From Octopus vulgaris (Eukaryota): a stretch of DNA of 64,000 nt. Under the pieces are notes generated by a model, which saw nothing but the letters and a program-made list of their open reading frames with translations, was not told where the DNA came from and made no database searches. Location: assembly GCA_951406725.2 (NCBI GenBank), contig OX597830.1, positions 73,222,001-73,286,000 of the forward strand, read 5' to 3'. Below are positions 1 to 13,546 of the stretch, one piece after another; position 1 is the stretch's first letter, and the number at the start of each line of letters is the position of its first letter. Both the position numbers and the translations under genes were made by a program.

Positions 1-155
1 CTGGAATACTCATCGTTTGGACAGTTATATGTGCCTGTGTATGTATGTGTGTATGTATCAGTGTAAGTGTGTGCATGCAGGTGTGTGTGGTTATTTAAAT
101 CTGTATAGATATGTAAGTATATATGTGTGTGTGTATGACCATTTGTTTGTTTGTT

Positions 156-198
<43 letters not shown>

Positions 199-332
199 TA
201 ATATAAAGAGCTAGGTACAGTATATTAACCATAAAGGAAAATTTGCATCGTCACTGATTTAGCGTGCTGAAGCACCTATATTGCAAGAAATAAGAGTAAA
301 CACTCTGATTTGCCAATATATGTGTGTGTATG

Positions 333-399
<67 letters not shown>

Positions 400-516
400 G
401 TGTGTGTGTGTGTACAAACACTCATGTATATAAATATATCTGCGTATGTGTACGAGTGTACGACGTATTATAACGCATACATGCGTGCGATTATGTGATT
501 ATATGTATGTCTATCA

Positions 517-646
517 CCGAGGTCGACTTTGCCTTTCATCCGTTCGGGGGTCGATAAATTAAGCACCAGTTGCGCACTGGGGTCGATCTAATCGACTGGC
601 CTCCGACCTAAAAATTTCGGACCTAGTGCCTTGTGTAGAAAAGTAT
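517..646 (+). mobile_element. SINE family C (C1 tail), 5'-truncated
   Basis: Shares gaggtcgactttgcctttcatcc..ggggtcgataaattaagcaccagtt..ctggggtcgat with copies at 8819, 11826 and 22777; ends in the aaatttcggacctagtgcc..gtagaaaag tail. Confidence 0.8.
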
Positions 647-810
647 ATGAAAACCTATTAGATAGATATATAGATAGATACATACATACATACATACATA
701 CATACATACATACATACATACATACATACATACATAGACAGGATATATTCTATAGATATCGATCTCGATATAAATATAGATGGCTGTGTGTGCATGTGTG
801 TGTGTATATG

Positions 811-879
811 CTTCGGCAAGTGCCTTGCGAGTGGATTTGGTAGACGGAAACTGAAAGAAGCTTGTCATATATATATATT

Positions 880-913
<34 letters not shown>

Positions 914-1117
914 TGTATGTATATGTTTGTGTGTCTGTGTTGACAACCGATGGTGGTGTGCTTACGTCTCATAACTTATCGGTTCAGCTTAAGTGACCGA
1001 TAGAATAAGTACTAGGCTTACAAAATATAACTCCTGGGGTCAATTTGTTCGACTACAGGTGGTGCTCCATCATGGTCGCAGTTAAATGACTGAAACAAAT
1101 AAAAGAATAAAAGAATA
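811..1117 (+). mobile_element. SINE family A, 5'-truncated
   Basis: gtggatttggtagacggaaactgaaagaagc, then an internal (TA/TATG)n tract, then gatagaataagtactaggc...ctccatcatggtcgcagttaaatgactgaaacaa and an (ataaaaga)n tail; matches the full copy at 3480. Confidence 0.88.
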
Positions 1118-1139
1118 TATGGATATGTCTGTAAATAAT

Positions 1140-1297
1140 ATATATGTATAAAAATAAATATATATACTGGTGTGTGTGTGTGCGTGTGTGTGTGTGTGTG
1201 TGTTTTTCTCTATATATATAAATACATGTCTATATATATATAAATAAAAAAATATATCTATATATATGTACATGTGTATATATATATGTATATATAC

Positions 1298-1347
<50 letters not shown>

Positions 1348-1750
1348 GTATATATACATATATATATATATATAAATATACATATATATATGTATATATA
1401 TACATGCGTACATACATATATATATATGTATATATATACATGCGTACATACATTCATATATATAGACATGTATACATGAACGTTTATGTACACAGGCAGG
1501 CACACGCATACACACACACACACATACATATATGTATAATGTAGATACATATATAGAAATACATACACAAATACATATATGCATACTTACATTCATACCT
1601 CATATACACACACATACACACATTCTTATAAACATAAAATTGACACACATCAATAGATTTATAGCAGTGATTAAAGAGAATAGCTTTCCTCTTTCTCCAC
1701 ACACAAACACACACACACACACACACACACAAAATACACACACACACGCA
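1140..1750. repeat. Compound microsatellite (TG)n/(TA)n/(CA)n
   Basis: Directly visible dinucleotide arrays; source of the YIYI/CVCV ORFs. Confidence 0.95.
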
Positions 1751-2354
1751 CCATTGAAAATTTAGACGGACATTATACCTACTAATGGTCATTGTTGCAT
1801 ACTAAACACTGGTCAGTATGCCATCCGCTATCGAGCTGTGGCGGTCAGATAAAAGGCGGTTTATATTTGTTTTCTTTCTTCCTTTCCTTTCTTTCCTCCT
1901 CATTCTTTGTTTTTCTCTCTTTTTGACCTTCTATGTCTATTCTGGTCTTACATTATTTTTGTGCTGCTGTTGTTGTAGTTGTTCATGTTATCGTTGTTGT
2001 TGTTGTCCTTGCTGTTTAGCCTCAAGATAGACCTGAGTGAAATGAAGCAATAATCAACTCCGCATTCCAGCCGTGGCATTCCCATGGTTTTTCAAGTTTC
2101 ATTTATCCGATACTACATGGTTCATACTGTTTTTTTTTTTTGTTTTTTTTTACTGTTGCCTTGAATTCAAATACTAATTCATTGTAATATGATGGAGATT
2201 TGACTGCTGTTTCTACTAAGTTCAAAAATTAATTTAAATGTCGCTTACGTTGTCATCACATTTTTTTCTTTCTTTTTCAAAAATGTCCCCTCCTTGGTCA
2301 AAAATGTTTCCTCCGTATGCATTCCTTCTATTGTTTCGTATTCCAGATGCAATG

Positions 2355-2750
2355 CACTCACACACACACACACACACAGTCACACAGGCACACACACACA
2401 GTCACACAGGCACACACACACACACACACGCAATCACATACACTCACATACGCATACATGCACACTCACACAGATATACGCAAGCACACACACAAACGTA
2501 CGTATGTCTGTCTGTCTGTCTGTATGGACGTGTGTATGAATGTATGTATGTATGTATGTATGTATGTATGTGTATATATGTATGTATGCATGTGTATATA
2601 TGTATGTATGTATGAATGTAATTATGTATGTATGAATGTAATTACGTATGTATGTATGTATGTGTGTATGTGTATGTATGTATGTATGTATGTATGTATG
2701 TATGTATGTATGTATGCATGTATGTGTGTGTATGTATGTATGTATGTATG
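2355..2750. repeat. Compound microsatellite (CA)n then (TATG)n
   Basis: Directly visible. Confidence 0.95.
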
Positions 2751-3644
2751 TTGCATTTCATGCAATAAGTTCAAACCAGCATAAAACTTATCGTACGTAT
2801 AATTATACATACCACATAATATAATCACCATCGTTTGCTGTATCATTTTCTTACATCGAAACCAGTTTTCAGATTCCCCAGGAATAAGAAAAAAAAAAAA
2901 ATGATGTTCTTTAGAACAGAAAAACGTTTGGAGTCCCGTTTCGACATCGTCCATTCTTCTGATTTCTGTTTCTTTTTCTTTACTACTGCTAATGTGTTCG
3001 AGTGACCTGAATAAGTGAAAATCTGATGGTAGTAGGTATGGTGAATAAGTGGGGTGAGGTAGAGCTCAGACCCCCGCCTAGCTTAATGAATTTATCTTTC
3101 CCTGGGTTATCTTCGCTGCATGTGGCCTTGCATTATCATGTTGCAAGATGACTCGCCGTCTTTTGACAAGAGGTGGTTGTTTGTTTTTGAGCGTAACTTC
3201 ATCGACACGTTCACGTTTGTTAACGATAAAGTTCTACTCTGATGCTTTTCCTTGTTTCAATATTTCGAAATTAGGAATATCTATTTTACTTCACCAAAAC
3301 ACACAGCACAACTTTCTTTGTGTGAAGATCTGGTTTAGCTGTGTTGCAACTTGGATTCTTATTAGGTGATAACGGCAGTTTTTATACGTTCATTGTTGGC
3401 ATAAACTATTCATATTTCATTGCTTGTTAACAATTCGATTTAGAAATGGTGTTTCTTCATTCGTGGTTAACAAATTATAGGCGCAGGAGTGGCTGTGTGG
3501 TAAGTAGCTTGCTTACCAACTACATGGTTCCGGGTTCATTTCCACTGCGTGGCACTTTGAGCAAGTGTCTTCTACTATAGCCTCTGGCCGACCAAAGCCT
3601 TGTGAGAGGATTTGGTACACGGAAACTAAAAGAAGCCCGTCGTA

Positions 3645-3729
<85 letters not shown>

Positions 3730-4479
3730 GTGTATATGTTTGTGCGTTTGTGTTTGTCCCCCGAACATCGCTTGACAACCGATGGTGGCGTGTTTACGAT
3801 AGACCGATAGAATAAGTACTAGGTTTACAAAGAATAAGTCCTGGGGTCGATTTGCTCGTCTCACGGCGGTGCTCCAGCATGGCCGCAGTCAAATGACTGA
3901 AACAAGTAAAAGAGTAAATTGTTGCAGAATGTTGAGTGTACTGCTTTATTCTCGGGGGGACCCACTTATTTTTTTCTGTACACTTCTCGCAGTCTGTTTG
4001 AGATGTACAGTAGACTAAGGTTTACCAAACGTCTGGAATAAGTCCCCAGTGTTCGACGCAGAGCCTCTTCAATTACTGTTTTCACAGCATCATTGTTGAG
4101 AACAGTTGGTCTTCTTCATTGATATACAAATCCAAAAACTCGAAATCGCCGCTTTTGAAATTGTTAATACACTTTGATACATCCGAATATCAACACCACC
4201 AGGATATGCAGTACACGTGTTTTTCATTTCAGGTGTCACTTGTTGCCCTTATGAAATTTTGTAAAGCATGCAAACCCGAATAGGCAGCCCTCTAAAGTCC
4301 TTGTCTTCCATGATCACAGCTTACACACAGCTTACACACACAAAGCGCGTGCTAACGTTTGTCATTAACTCTATGCTGATTGGTTGATTGCAAGGAGAAC
4401 TTGCAGTGGTTTGTAACCTATATATGGTATAATGTCGAATTCTTTTGACTGAAAATACATACCTTTTCAGTTCCCCTAA
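2750..4479 (-). mobile_element. Decayed near-full-length mariner transposon, interrupted by a SINE A copy
   Basis: Manual minus-strand translation gives colinear mariner motifs: MEDKDFR..IRVCMLY (ATG 4311), FKSGDF (~4150), RPTVLNNDAVKTVIEE (~4110), WVP (~3960), PFLNRIV (~3445), ILQHDNARPH (3149-3120), PHPTYSPYLLPSDFHLFRSL (3059-3000), GI*KLVS..NDGDY (~2875-2821). Many stops and frameshifts. About 1.3 kb without the SINE; right end abuts TA (4480-81); left end uncertain. Confidence 0.88.
3480..3918 (+). mobile_element. SINE family A, full length (tRNA-derived head, CORE-like motif, internal microsatellite)
   Basis: Head ggcgcaggagtggctgtgtggtaag (A box-like), ggttcattTCC (B box-like), CORE-like ttgagcaagtgtctt, internal (TA)n, 3' ctccagcatggccgcagtcaaatgactgaaacaagtaaaagagtaaa. 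Confidence 0.93.
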
Positions 4480-5459
4480 TATACATATTCAATGTAAACT
4501 TCTTTTAAGAAGGCAGTTATATGATTTGAGGAAAATATGGGCTGCTATTTCTAACAAGTCTTGCAACAAAAAAAAAGGATATTCGTTGTTCATGTCGTTG
4601 TCCATTGTTGTTTTGTGGTGGTGGCGGTGGTGTTTAACCCAAGCTTAAAAAAACCTTATCGTGTATATCTATGAGCAAAAGTGTTCCAGCCATGACTATC
4701 TCATGTATTTTGGATAATATCAGGTACTAAATTGTCCAATGACTCCTTCTTTTATTTAAGGTCAGAGACTGAGATTTAAAGGACATATCTTGTTGCTATT
4801 CCTAATAGGTTGTGACTCAATACAAAATCACATTCTATCGCTCTTTTTTAAACTCAGGTTAACCTTTTCTTTAAAAGATGGAATGATCAAAACCATTCAG
4901 TAAAGAGCCATTTCGGAACAGATACAAACGTTAAGGAGTTGGAGAGGACGCTTCTCGCGGTATTCATTCCAACACTCTATGCTTTGAGTTCAAGTCCGAC
5001 CGGGGTTAACGTTGGCCTTCGTCCATTTCAGCCGTGATATCTATTCTTTTGGGACCATATTATCTAATGTATCGTTTACGTCGTTGTGGAGTTTCAGGGA
5101 AATTTTACCGCTACCCTACTTCTAGTAGAGCAAGCGACAAAATGCACAGCTTCCGGTTGTAGATATCGTCATTGTTCATATTGCGGCTGATCTTGAAATA
5201 CTTTTTATCTTGATTATTGTTGCATGTTTGAAGATAGAAACAGCGATCAGCATTTCTTTCACATTCTGATGCGGTGTTTTGTTATGGAAACTTCCTGCCA
5301 CAACTGCACGCACACATACACACAAACGCAAACTTTCATGTGTGTGTGTGTGTGTATGTGTGCGTGCACACGTGAGTGTGTGTCTATGTGTGAGTGTGTC
5401 TATGTGTGTATGCATATATATATATATATATACATATGGAAAAATAAAAAAAATAAATG

Positions 5460-5706
5460 CGTCCTTTTAAAGCCTAGGCAGGCTCATGGGCCCGGTTCCC
5501 CGGTTTCAATGGTTTATGTGCTCCCCAGCTGGACGGGACGCCAGTCCATCGCAGCGTTACTCATTTTTTGCAAACCGATTAGACTGGAGCAAAGTGAAAT
5601 GAAGTGGTTTCCTCAAGAACACAACGCGCCGCCCGGTCCAGAAATCGAAACCACAATATTACGATCATGATGCTGACACCCTAACCACTAAGCCACGCGT
5701 CTCCAC
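5460..5706 (-). mobile_element. SINE family E (tRNA head + CORE-like domain + gcgatggactggcgtcccgtccag body)
   Basis: The reverse complement starts gtggagacgcgtggcttagtggttaggg (A box) ... ggtttcgatttc (B box), then gttgtgttcttgaggaaaccactt; its 3' part recurs at 42820-42900. Confidence 0.82.
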
Positions 5707-6260
5707 GTCTATACATAAGTAGATGCAGACATATACATATATATGAATGTATATACATGTGTGTATATATATATGTGTGTGTGTCTGTGTCTGAGTCTGT
5801 TTACATATATAATATGTATGTGTGTGTGTGAGTGTGCGTATATAGGGTGAGTTCAGTCAAGTGTTAAAAATGAACTAAATATGTAGTTGTTTAACCATAG
5901 TTTCACTCGGATTCCTAAAACAACCTGAAAACAATAATTACAACGAGTCAAACAACAACAAAATTGCCTGCTTTTGTGTGTCTGTATGTAAATACTACAC
6001 GATCCCCATGAAAGAGGAGTTAAACGTCATTCAAATTACACTAGAGTTTTAAATCAAAGGAATAGCCAAATTGTAAATAATAGCTGTATGCTCAATAAAA
6101 TCTCAGGACGGGAAGCAACTTTGTTCATTGTTCATTTTCATGAGAACTGTCCTGGGGCTAAACAACCATATGTCTTATAAGTGGAGCAGGTATGGAATAT
6201 GATGCGGATTGGAAACCCTTTGAAGTTCCAGTCACTTCTGCGTTTCCTCCTATATATGTG

Positions 6261-6461
6261 TGTTTCAGTCATTTGACTGCGGCCATGCTGGAGCACCGCC
6301 TTTAATCGAGCAACTCGACCCCGGGACTTATTCTTTTGTAAGCCAAGTACTTATTCTACCGGTCCCTTTTGCCGAACCGCTAAGTAACGAGGACATAAAT
6401 ACACCAGCATCGGTTGTCAAGCAATGCTAGGGGACAAACACAGACACACAAACACATACAT

Positions 6462-6502
<41 letters not shown>

Positions 6503-6624
6503 CGACAGGCTTCTTTCAGTTTCCGTCTACCCACTCAAATTTGGTCCCCGACTCACTTGCCCAAGGTGCCACGCAGTGGGACTGAACCCGGAACCATGAG
6601 GTCGGTAAACAAGCTACTTACCAT
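6261..6624 (-). mobile_element. SINE family A
   Basis: Reverse complement of the family A consensus with a small internal deletion. Confidence 0.9.
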
Positions 6625-6667
6625 ATATATATACATATATATATATATAAATATATATATATGTATG

Positions 6668-6733
<66 letters not shown>

Positions 6734-6779
6734 CATATATATACATAAGTGAAACGGGTGCACACGCACACACACACAC

Positions 6780-6827
<48 letters not shown>

Positions 6828-6832
6828 ACATA

Positions 6833-6992
6833 CAGGGTTACAGCATTCCCCAACTTGAACAAGGAGACCGTCCAGAAGAGAGTTGCAGGAGATTCCGAAG
6901 TCGACTGGATGCTGTGGTCGAAGCCAATGGCGATTTTAATGAATAAATAGACTTTTGTGTAATTTAGACGACAGTTTATTTATCGCACCCTG
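6833..6992 (+). mobile_element. Miniature Tc1/mariner-superfamily derivative retaining the transposase C-terminus
   Basis: TA-cagggt ... accctg-TA ends; internal [12 protein letters not shown]/(frameshift)/SCRRFRSRLDAVVEANGDFNE* resembles the typical Tc1/maT C-terminus. Confidence 0.8.
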
Positions 6993-7772
6993 TATATGCG
7001 TGTGTGTGTGTGTGTGTGTTTGTATATATATATGCCTTTGTTTCATTAGATATATAACATGAACATTAGCAAGTTTCTATGTTGTTCCTTTCATAAATTA
7101 GGCTAATGCTATCCGTGAAGGTGCACGACGATTCAATACGGTCCTCCGGTAGTCGGCGCTACGAATTTAATATAATTTACATGTATCAAATGTAATTAAG
7201 TATAAAGTCATAATTAATGTGAAATGTACAAACAACAAACACGCGCCACAAACGTACTACGCGAAAAATATATGCAAATTTATCACAGTTTACCTTTTGG
7301 AATAATTTGAATTTTCAGCGGCACTGCATCTCATCAGACGTTGTTATAATCATGAACTTTACACCATTTTTTCAAACGGTGCTTACGAGAGTTTAGTGTA
7401 TAAATTGACTGGAAAAGGATGAAAGAATGTAACAGCCATTGGTTTTATCTCTGAGGTATAATAATGCGTTAGCTATGAAGTGGATTTACTTGTTTACTGT
7501 GGAATATATTAATGTGGCCCGCTTAAATATATGTCAGAGTTATATAATATATAATACTCGTTCACTGCGACCTATTCAATGTGCTAAAAAATAATAGCTG
7601 AATTTTCATCTTCGCTTTTTTTCTAAGTTGATCAAATCTAAATGTTTTATATATATATATATATGAAAAAAACAGTAAGAATAATTTCACTGATAGTTCT
7701 AATCAATTAAATTTTTTAATAAAATAATTTTACAGTTTGTATTTCACACATTTTCCAAGATATATATCTTAT

Positions 7773-9445
7773 ACAGCGTGGTTGGCTTGTTTTTCAACAA
7801 TTTAAAAAATTTTAATGAAAAATATTCTAGGAATTTTCCCTTTCAGAAAATACCGTAAATTTTATTGTTGTTAGCAAAAACGTTACGTTACACTTGATCA
7901 ATTGTTGACGTATAAAATAGTCAACTGGCATTATTCTACGTTTCAAAAGGAAGAGGGAAATTTTCTTACAACTTCTTGATGGTATTGTGTGTAACTGACA
8001 AAATGGCAGAGGTAGTTATTTAAAGAACGGAAGACGATTTTAAAGTTGTATTTCAAATTTAAGAATGTTGTGAACATTCAATGACAGAACTTCCAACACA
8101 CCTGGCAATTTCACGGATTCGTGATAAGGTCGAAACACATTGTATAGTGTGTGATGTGCAGATGGAAAATCCGGCAGACTTCGTACAGTAACAAGTGCTG
8201 CTTAATCAGCGGTGGTGTTGGAGTATTTCACACTCTTACCACAGATATCTACTGCTCAATGTGTATGTGACACAAGAACCCTCTCTTCTAGCAGACAGCG
8301 CATTGTTAAAACAGATAAGTGGAACGTTTACACTCTAAGATTATTGCATGCAATTAACGATCACGATACTGATCGAAGAATCGATTTTTGTGAGTGGTTT
8401 CAACACGTGCAAAGCGAGGATGAAGTGTCTGTGAAAACCCACCTTTTAGACAAACAGTCACTTTATAGGGTTCTACGTCTGGTGTAAAACGGTGGCTCCT
8501 AAAGTGGGCGGTACTGTCTCTGTTGGTGCGGTGGAAAGAACCAGGGGACGCTGAAGAATAGTGGGGCGATAATGAGATGGCCAAAAGTGGTGATAGAAGT
8601 AAAAACAAAATAATGGTTTTATTAGATTATTTTATTCGCGAAATGCTTTTGTTTTGATTTTGATGTAGAAAGTGGTCTATGTTTGAGGTGGTAATTGGTG
8701 TGGTGTGGGGCGCTAGGAATTGACCTGAGTGACAAGTGGTTGACAACCCGAAGAAATCTGGGAAACGCTGGTGTAGATCATCAAGAGTTTGACTGGAATA
8801 TTTTTCTTTGAAGGTATGAGGGCGGCGAACTGGCACAATCGTTAGCAGGCCGGGCGAACTGCCTAGCGGTATTTCGTCTGCCGTTACGTTGTGAGTTCAA
8901 ATTCCGCCGAGGTCGACTTTGACTTTCATCATTTCGGGGTCGATAAATTAAGTACCAGTTACACACTGGGTCGATGTAATCGACTTAATACCTATGTCTG
9001 TCCTTGTTTGTCCCCTCTGTGTTTAGCCCCTTGTGGATAATAAAGAAATAGGTATTGTTACTGATCAAATGGATCAGTGACAAGCTATTCTCATCGATTT
9101 TACCCGCAGTAGATGCATTTTTACGAATTTTTCTTCCAACAAGACAACCCACCTCCATACTACGTGCGAGCTTATCTGGAGAACAATTCACAGCCACACT
9201 GGATAAGGAAGAAACGGTACTGTTGAATTCCTTGCACCTGCAATTCACACCTGCAAACTTTTTTTCATAGGATACCCTCAAGGTACGTTGTGCATTGCTG
9301 AAAACTCGTCTATACTGATGGTCCTTCGGGTCAAAATTTAAACGGCATGTGCCGTAATCCCCCTGGACACTTTGATGAACGCTGCTTCCGCAGCAGTTTG
9401 GCGCACTAATAAGCATTATTGGCCACCACTTTCAGCATCTTTTGC
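7773..9445 (+). mobile_element. Decayed Tc3-like (IS630-Tc1-mariner; DUF4817-HTH type) transposase relic, interrupted by later insertions
   Basis: Colinear fragments: ATG 8003, ERKTILKLYFKFKNVV, PTHLAISRIRDKVET, GKSGRLRTVTS, KWNVYTLRLLHAINDHDTDRRIDFCEWFQH (8317-8406), FFQQDNPPPYY (9131), TPANFFS*DTLK, ACAVIPLDTL..GHHFQHL (9345-9441). TA-cagcgtgg is the candidate left end. Confidence 0.8.
8819..9056 (+). mobile_element. SINE family C (C2 tail), full monomer
   Basis: Head ggcggcgaactggcacaatcgttagc, B box gagttcaaattcc, central gactttcatcatttcggggtcgataaattaagtacc, tail gtccttgtttgtcccctctgtgtttagcccc..taaagaaata followed by ggtatt. Confidence 0.9.
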
Positions 9446-9675
9446 GATTGTAGAGATTAAAAGAAACGTGTATTAATCGTATGGCTGAATAAAATTTAGT
9501 TTTAAAATATTTCTACACGTTTTTCTTTCGTTAGAGTGTAAGTATATTATTTTGGCATATCAGTATATATATATATATGCATAGGTATACATATGCGTGT
9601 GTCTTTATCTGTGTGTATGTGTGTAACAGCAAAACATCAACATCAATAATAATAATAATAATGATAATAATAATA

Positions 9676-10107
9676 ATCCTTTCTACTATATGCACAAGGT
9701 CTGAAATTTTGGGGAAGTAACTAGTCGATCTACTTAATTTAACCACTCCGAAACTATGAAAGGCAAAATCGACTTCGGTGGAATTAGAACTCTGAGCCTA
9801 GCGACAGACGAAATACCACAAAGTATTTCGCTCTGCGTAATAACGATTCTTCCAGCTCGTCGCCTTATCAATAGTAATAATAATAATAATAATGCTTTCA
9901 AATTTTTCCACAATATCAGCAAATTTGGGGGAGAAGTAAGTCGATTACATCGACCCCGGTATTTCACTGGTACTTAGTTTATGGACCCCGAAGGATGGAA
10001 GGTAAAGAGGACCTCGGCAGAATTTGAACTCAGAAAGCAGCGGCAGGCGAAATACCGCTAAGCATTCCGTCCTGCGTGCTAACATGTCTTCCAGCTCGCC
10101 GCCTTAA
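9676..10107 (-). mobile_element. Two tandem SINE C (C1 tail) copies embedded in (AAT)n
   Basis: 9676-9868 and 9893-10107 each end (5' head) in ccagctcg(t/c)cgcctt; both are flanked by aataataat runs. Confidence 0.82.
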
Positions 10108-10112
10108 TAGCG

Positions 10113-10186
<74 letters not shown>

Positions 10187-10310
10187 AATACTTTTTCACT
10201 GCGGTTGAGTCGAGAAGTACGGAGTTTGGATGAAAAGTTTTTACCAATCAACCACGGACTGTGTACGTATGTATATATGTATATATGTGTGTATGTGTGT
10301 GTGAAATTTA

Positions 10311-10580
<270 letters not shown>

Positions 10581-11184
10581 TATTCGTATATATATATATA
10601 TACATATACACATTCATACACTCGCGCGCACACACACACAGACACACGCATGTATGTATAATGTAAAAACTAGCTAAATATATAGATATAACCGAACATA
10701 TATATATATAATCGTACACACAAACACACATATACAAAACTAACATATATTGAGATTTATAGCGAGTCTATTTTATTTTACATGCGAACTTTGCATGTTC
10801 GCCATCATCCTTCTGCAATAACTGTCTCACCAATAACCAGCTATGGTGGCGCTACCAGCGATTTTTACGTTCATGTTACGACCAGGTTTGCAACCTTTTA
10901 CGACCATATAATGTTTTGTGGCCTTTAAATCCAAGATGCTTCAATTTTATCCAACGATTAACAGATTGGATATCTTTATAAGGTTATGTAGCAATGTTTT
11001 TTTTTTGTTTTATTTTGTTAATACTTTATTATTTTTTTTTTTTTTCGCTCTTTTATATTATTGTTGTTTTTCTAGAAGATTTTAGTTATGACGCTTTTGT
11101 TGTTGTTGTTGTTGTTTTCCTTTGGTTCTGATTATTTTTTGCTATTTTCATGTGAGTGGGCACTTATGAAATTATCGACCACTT

Positions 11185-11349
11185 TACTGTTGCTGCTGCT
11201 ACCGCTGCTGCTGCTGCCGCTGTTACTCCTCTTCCTCCTCGTTGTCGTCGCCGTCCTCCTCCTCTTCTCCGCCGTCGTCGTCGGCCTCCTCCTTTATTAC
11301 TACTACTACTACTGCTACTACTACTACCACCACCACCACCACCACCACC

Positions 11350-11424
<75 letters not shown>

Positions 11425-11462
11425 GCCGCTGCTGCTGCTGCTGCTTCTCGCTACTACTACTG
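11185..11462. repeat. Compound trinucleotide array (CTG/CGT/CTA/CCA)n
   Basis: Directly visible; yields poly-Y/H/T/S ORFs. Confidence 0.93.
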
Positions 11463-11631
11463 TCAAGGAGCTTGCCAGGTGAAACTTCTTATAATTCAAA
11501 GTCCGATCCTAGTCACGTGATTATAATATTTCGCTGATTCTTTTCCAGCATCATCTTTAAGTTACGATGCAATTTTACCCGCGGGATACTTAGCTGCTCG
11601 CTTAATTCGTTGAACTTACTTTTCAAAGGTT

Positions 11632-11808
11632 CCGTCTTGCCTGAAATTTTGGGAGACGGGACTAGTAGATTACGTAATTTATTGATCTCTAAAGAATGAA
11701 AGACAAAGTCGGCTTCTATGGAATTTGAACTCAGAGCGTAAAGGCGGACGAAATGCCGCTAAGCATTTTGTCCGGCGTGCTAACGATTCTGCCAGCTCAC
11801 TGCCTTCA
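11632..11808 (-). mobile_element. SINE C (C1), internally deleted
   Basis: gaatttgaactcagagcgtaaaggcggacgaaatgccgctaagc..gccagctcactgccttc. Confidence 0.8.
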
Positions 11809-11825
11809 ATAATAAGAATAAAAAT

Positions 11826-12222
11826 ACTTTCTATTATAGGCACAAGACATGGATTTTTGTAAGGAAGGGGCAATCGATCACATAGACCCCTGTACTCAAC
11901 TGCTACTTAATTTATCGACCCCGAAAGGATAAAAGGCAAAGTCGGCCTCGGCTGAATTTGAACTCAGAACGTGGCGACAAACGAAATACCTACTTCTTTA
12001 CTACCCACATGGGATAAACACAGAGGGGACAAACAAGGACAGATAAACGGATTAAGTCGATTACATCGACCCCAGTGCGTAACTGGTCTTTCATTTATCG
12101 ACCCCGAAAGGTTGAAAGACAAAGTCGACCTCCGCAGAATTAGAACTCAGAACGTAACGGCAGACGAAATAACTCCAAGCATTTCGCCCGTCGTGTTAAC
12201 GCTTCTGCCAGCTCGCCGCCTT
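11826..12222 (-). mobile_element. SINE C dimer: head + C2 unit + C1 unit
   Basis: Head at 12222; the C2 tail joins ggtatttcg of a second headless unit at ~11990, which ends in the C1 tail. Confidence 0.88.
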
Positions 12223-12383
12223 CAATAATAAGAATAATATTATAACCAGATAAGATCAGAGATGATGAAAGAAGAAAAGAAAAACGAGGAAAGAAATAAA
12301 GAAAGATACAAACAACCGAAAGGAAAACAGAGTAAAACTACGAACTGAGCTAGAGTGCATATCAGAGATATTGAAGAATGTGA

Positions 12384-12650
12384 TATCGGAACCTAGATAT
12401 GGAAATAAAGAGATTTTGGAATATAAAAATGACAACAGTTTCTCCTATGGTAATTGGTGCATTTGGCAGAATATTCTAACTGCTACCCAAGTGTCTCAAA
12501 GATATTGGAACTAAGACTCGCTCTGCGGAGTTGCAGAAAAGTGTCGTCCTGTGTTCTGCTAGAATTCTAGGAAAAGTTTTAGAGGTCTGATATTGGAGAA
12601 GACTTGTCACTAAACTTCAAGATTAAGATTAGCATTATAATACTTTATAA
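12384..12650 (+). mobile_element. 3' end of an RLE-type non-LTR retrotransposon (R4/Dong-like)
   Basis: Frame 12384-12590: YRNLDMEIKRFWNIKMTTVSPMVIGAFGRIF*LLPKCLKDIGTKTRSAELQKSVVLCSARILGKVLEV*, resembling the KY.DL..EI.RLW..VVIGALG..LQK..LLGTARILRKVL terminus of R4/Dong ORFs; one in-frame stop; short UTR then microsatellite. Confidence 0.8.
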
Positions 12651-13303
12651 TACAACGGCAACAACAACAGCAACAGCAGCAACAACAACAACAATAGTAG
12701 CAGCAACAGCAGCTACAACAAGACCAAAAAAAATCCTTTCCTACTAGGCACAATGCCTGAAATTTTGTGGGAGTGTGCTCTGGTACTTATTTTATCGAAC
12801 CCCAAGTGAATGTTAAGCAAATGATAATAATAATAACAACAGCAACAACAATGATGATGATGATGATCATGATGACGACGACGACGATGATTACGACAAC
12901 AACGACGACGACAACGACGACGACAACGACGACGAGGATGATGATGCGTGTAGGAATTTATTACATTTTCAATTAATTTCATTTATGAAATTTGTTAATT
13001 TTTCATCGTGTCATTCGCTATTTTGTACCCATTATGTAGCTTTTCATGTACTAGTTTCCGCAAGTCGTGTAGTGAAACCGATTGTTACTTATTTAAATTT
13101 TACACTACAGTATTGTCTTTTATTTAACATATGCACAGCTCCTTCAGACATAAAACCAACTAGAACAGGTAAGAAGATGACAAAAAAGTAGCGCAAAACA
13201 AAAGCGTAAAAAAGCAAGCGTATGGAAATCTTTTCAAAATGTAAAATGTTTTCTGACTTTCTACTTGGCATCTAAAGAGACAATCGAAACATACACACAC
13301 ATA

Positions 13304-13546
13304 TCATCATCATCATCATCATCATTTAGCGTCCGCTTTCCATGCAGGCATAGGTTGGACAGTTCAACTGGGGTCTGGGAAGCCAGAAGGCTGCACCAGG
13401 CCCAGTCTGATCTGGCAATGTTTCTACGGCTGGATGCCCTTCCTAACGCCCCCACTCCATGAATGTAGTGGGTGCTTTTTACGTGCCACCGGCACAGGTG
13501 CCAGACGAGGCTGGCAAACGGCCACGATCGGATGGCGCTTTTTACG
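13304..13546 (-). mobile_element. SINE family F 3' part with (GAT)n tail (RTE-like motif)
   Basis: (cat)n-ttagcgtccgctttccatgc..ggctggatgcccttcctaacgcc; near-identical to 25258 and 52861. Confidence 0.88.

Noticed and set aside
7305-7345. Minus-strand CTGATGA...GAAA hammerhead-like motif
   Set aside because: Stems I and II cannot be paired convincingly; at best a decayed relic.
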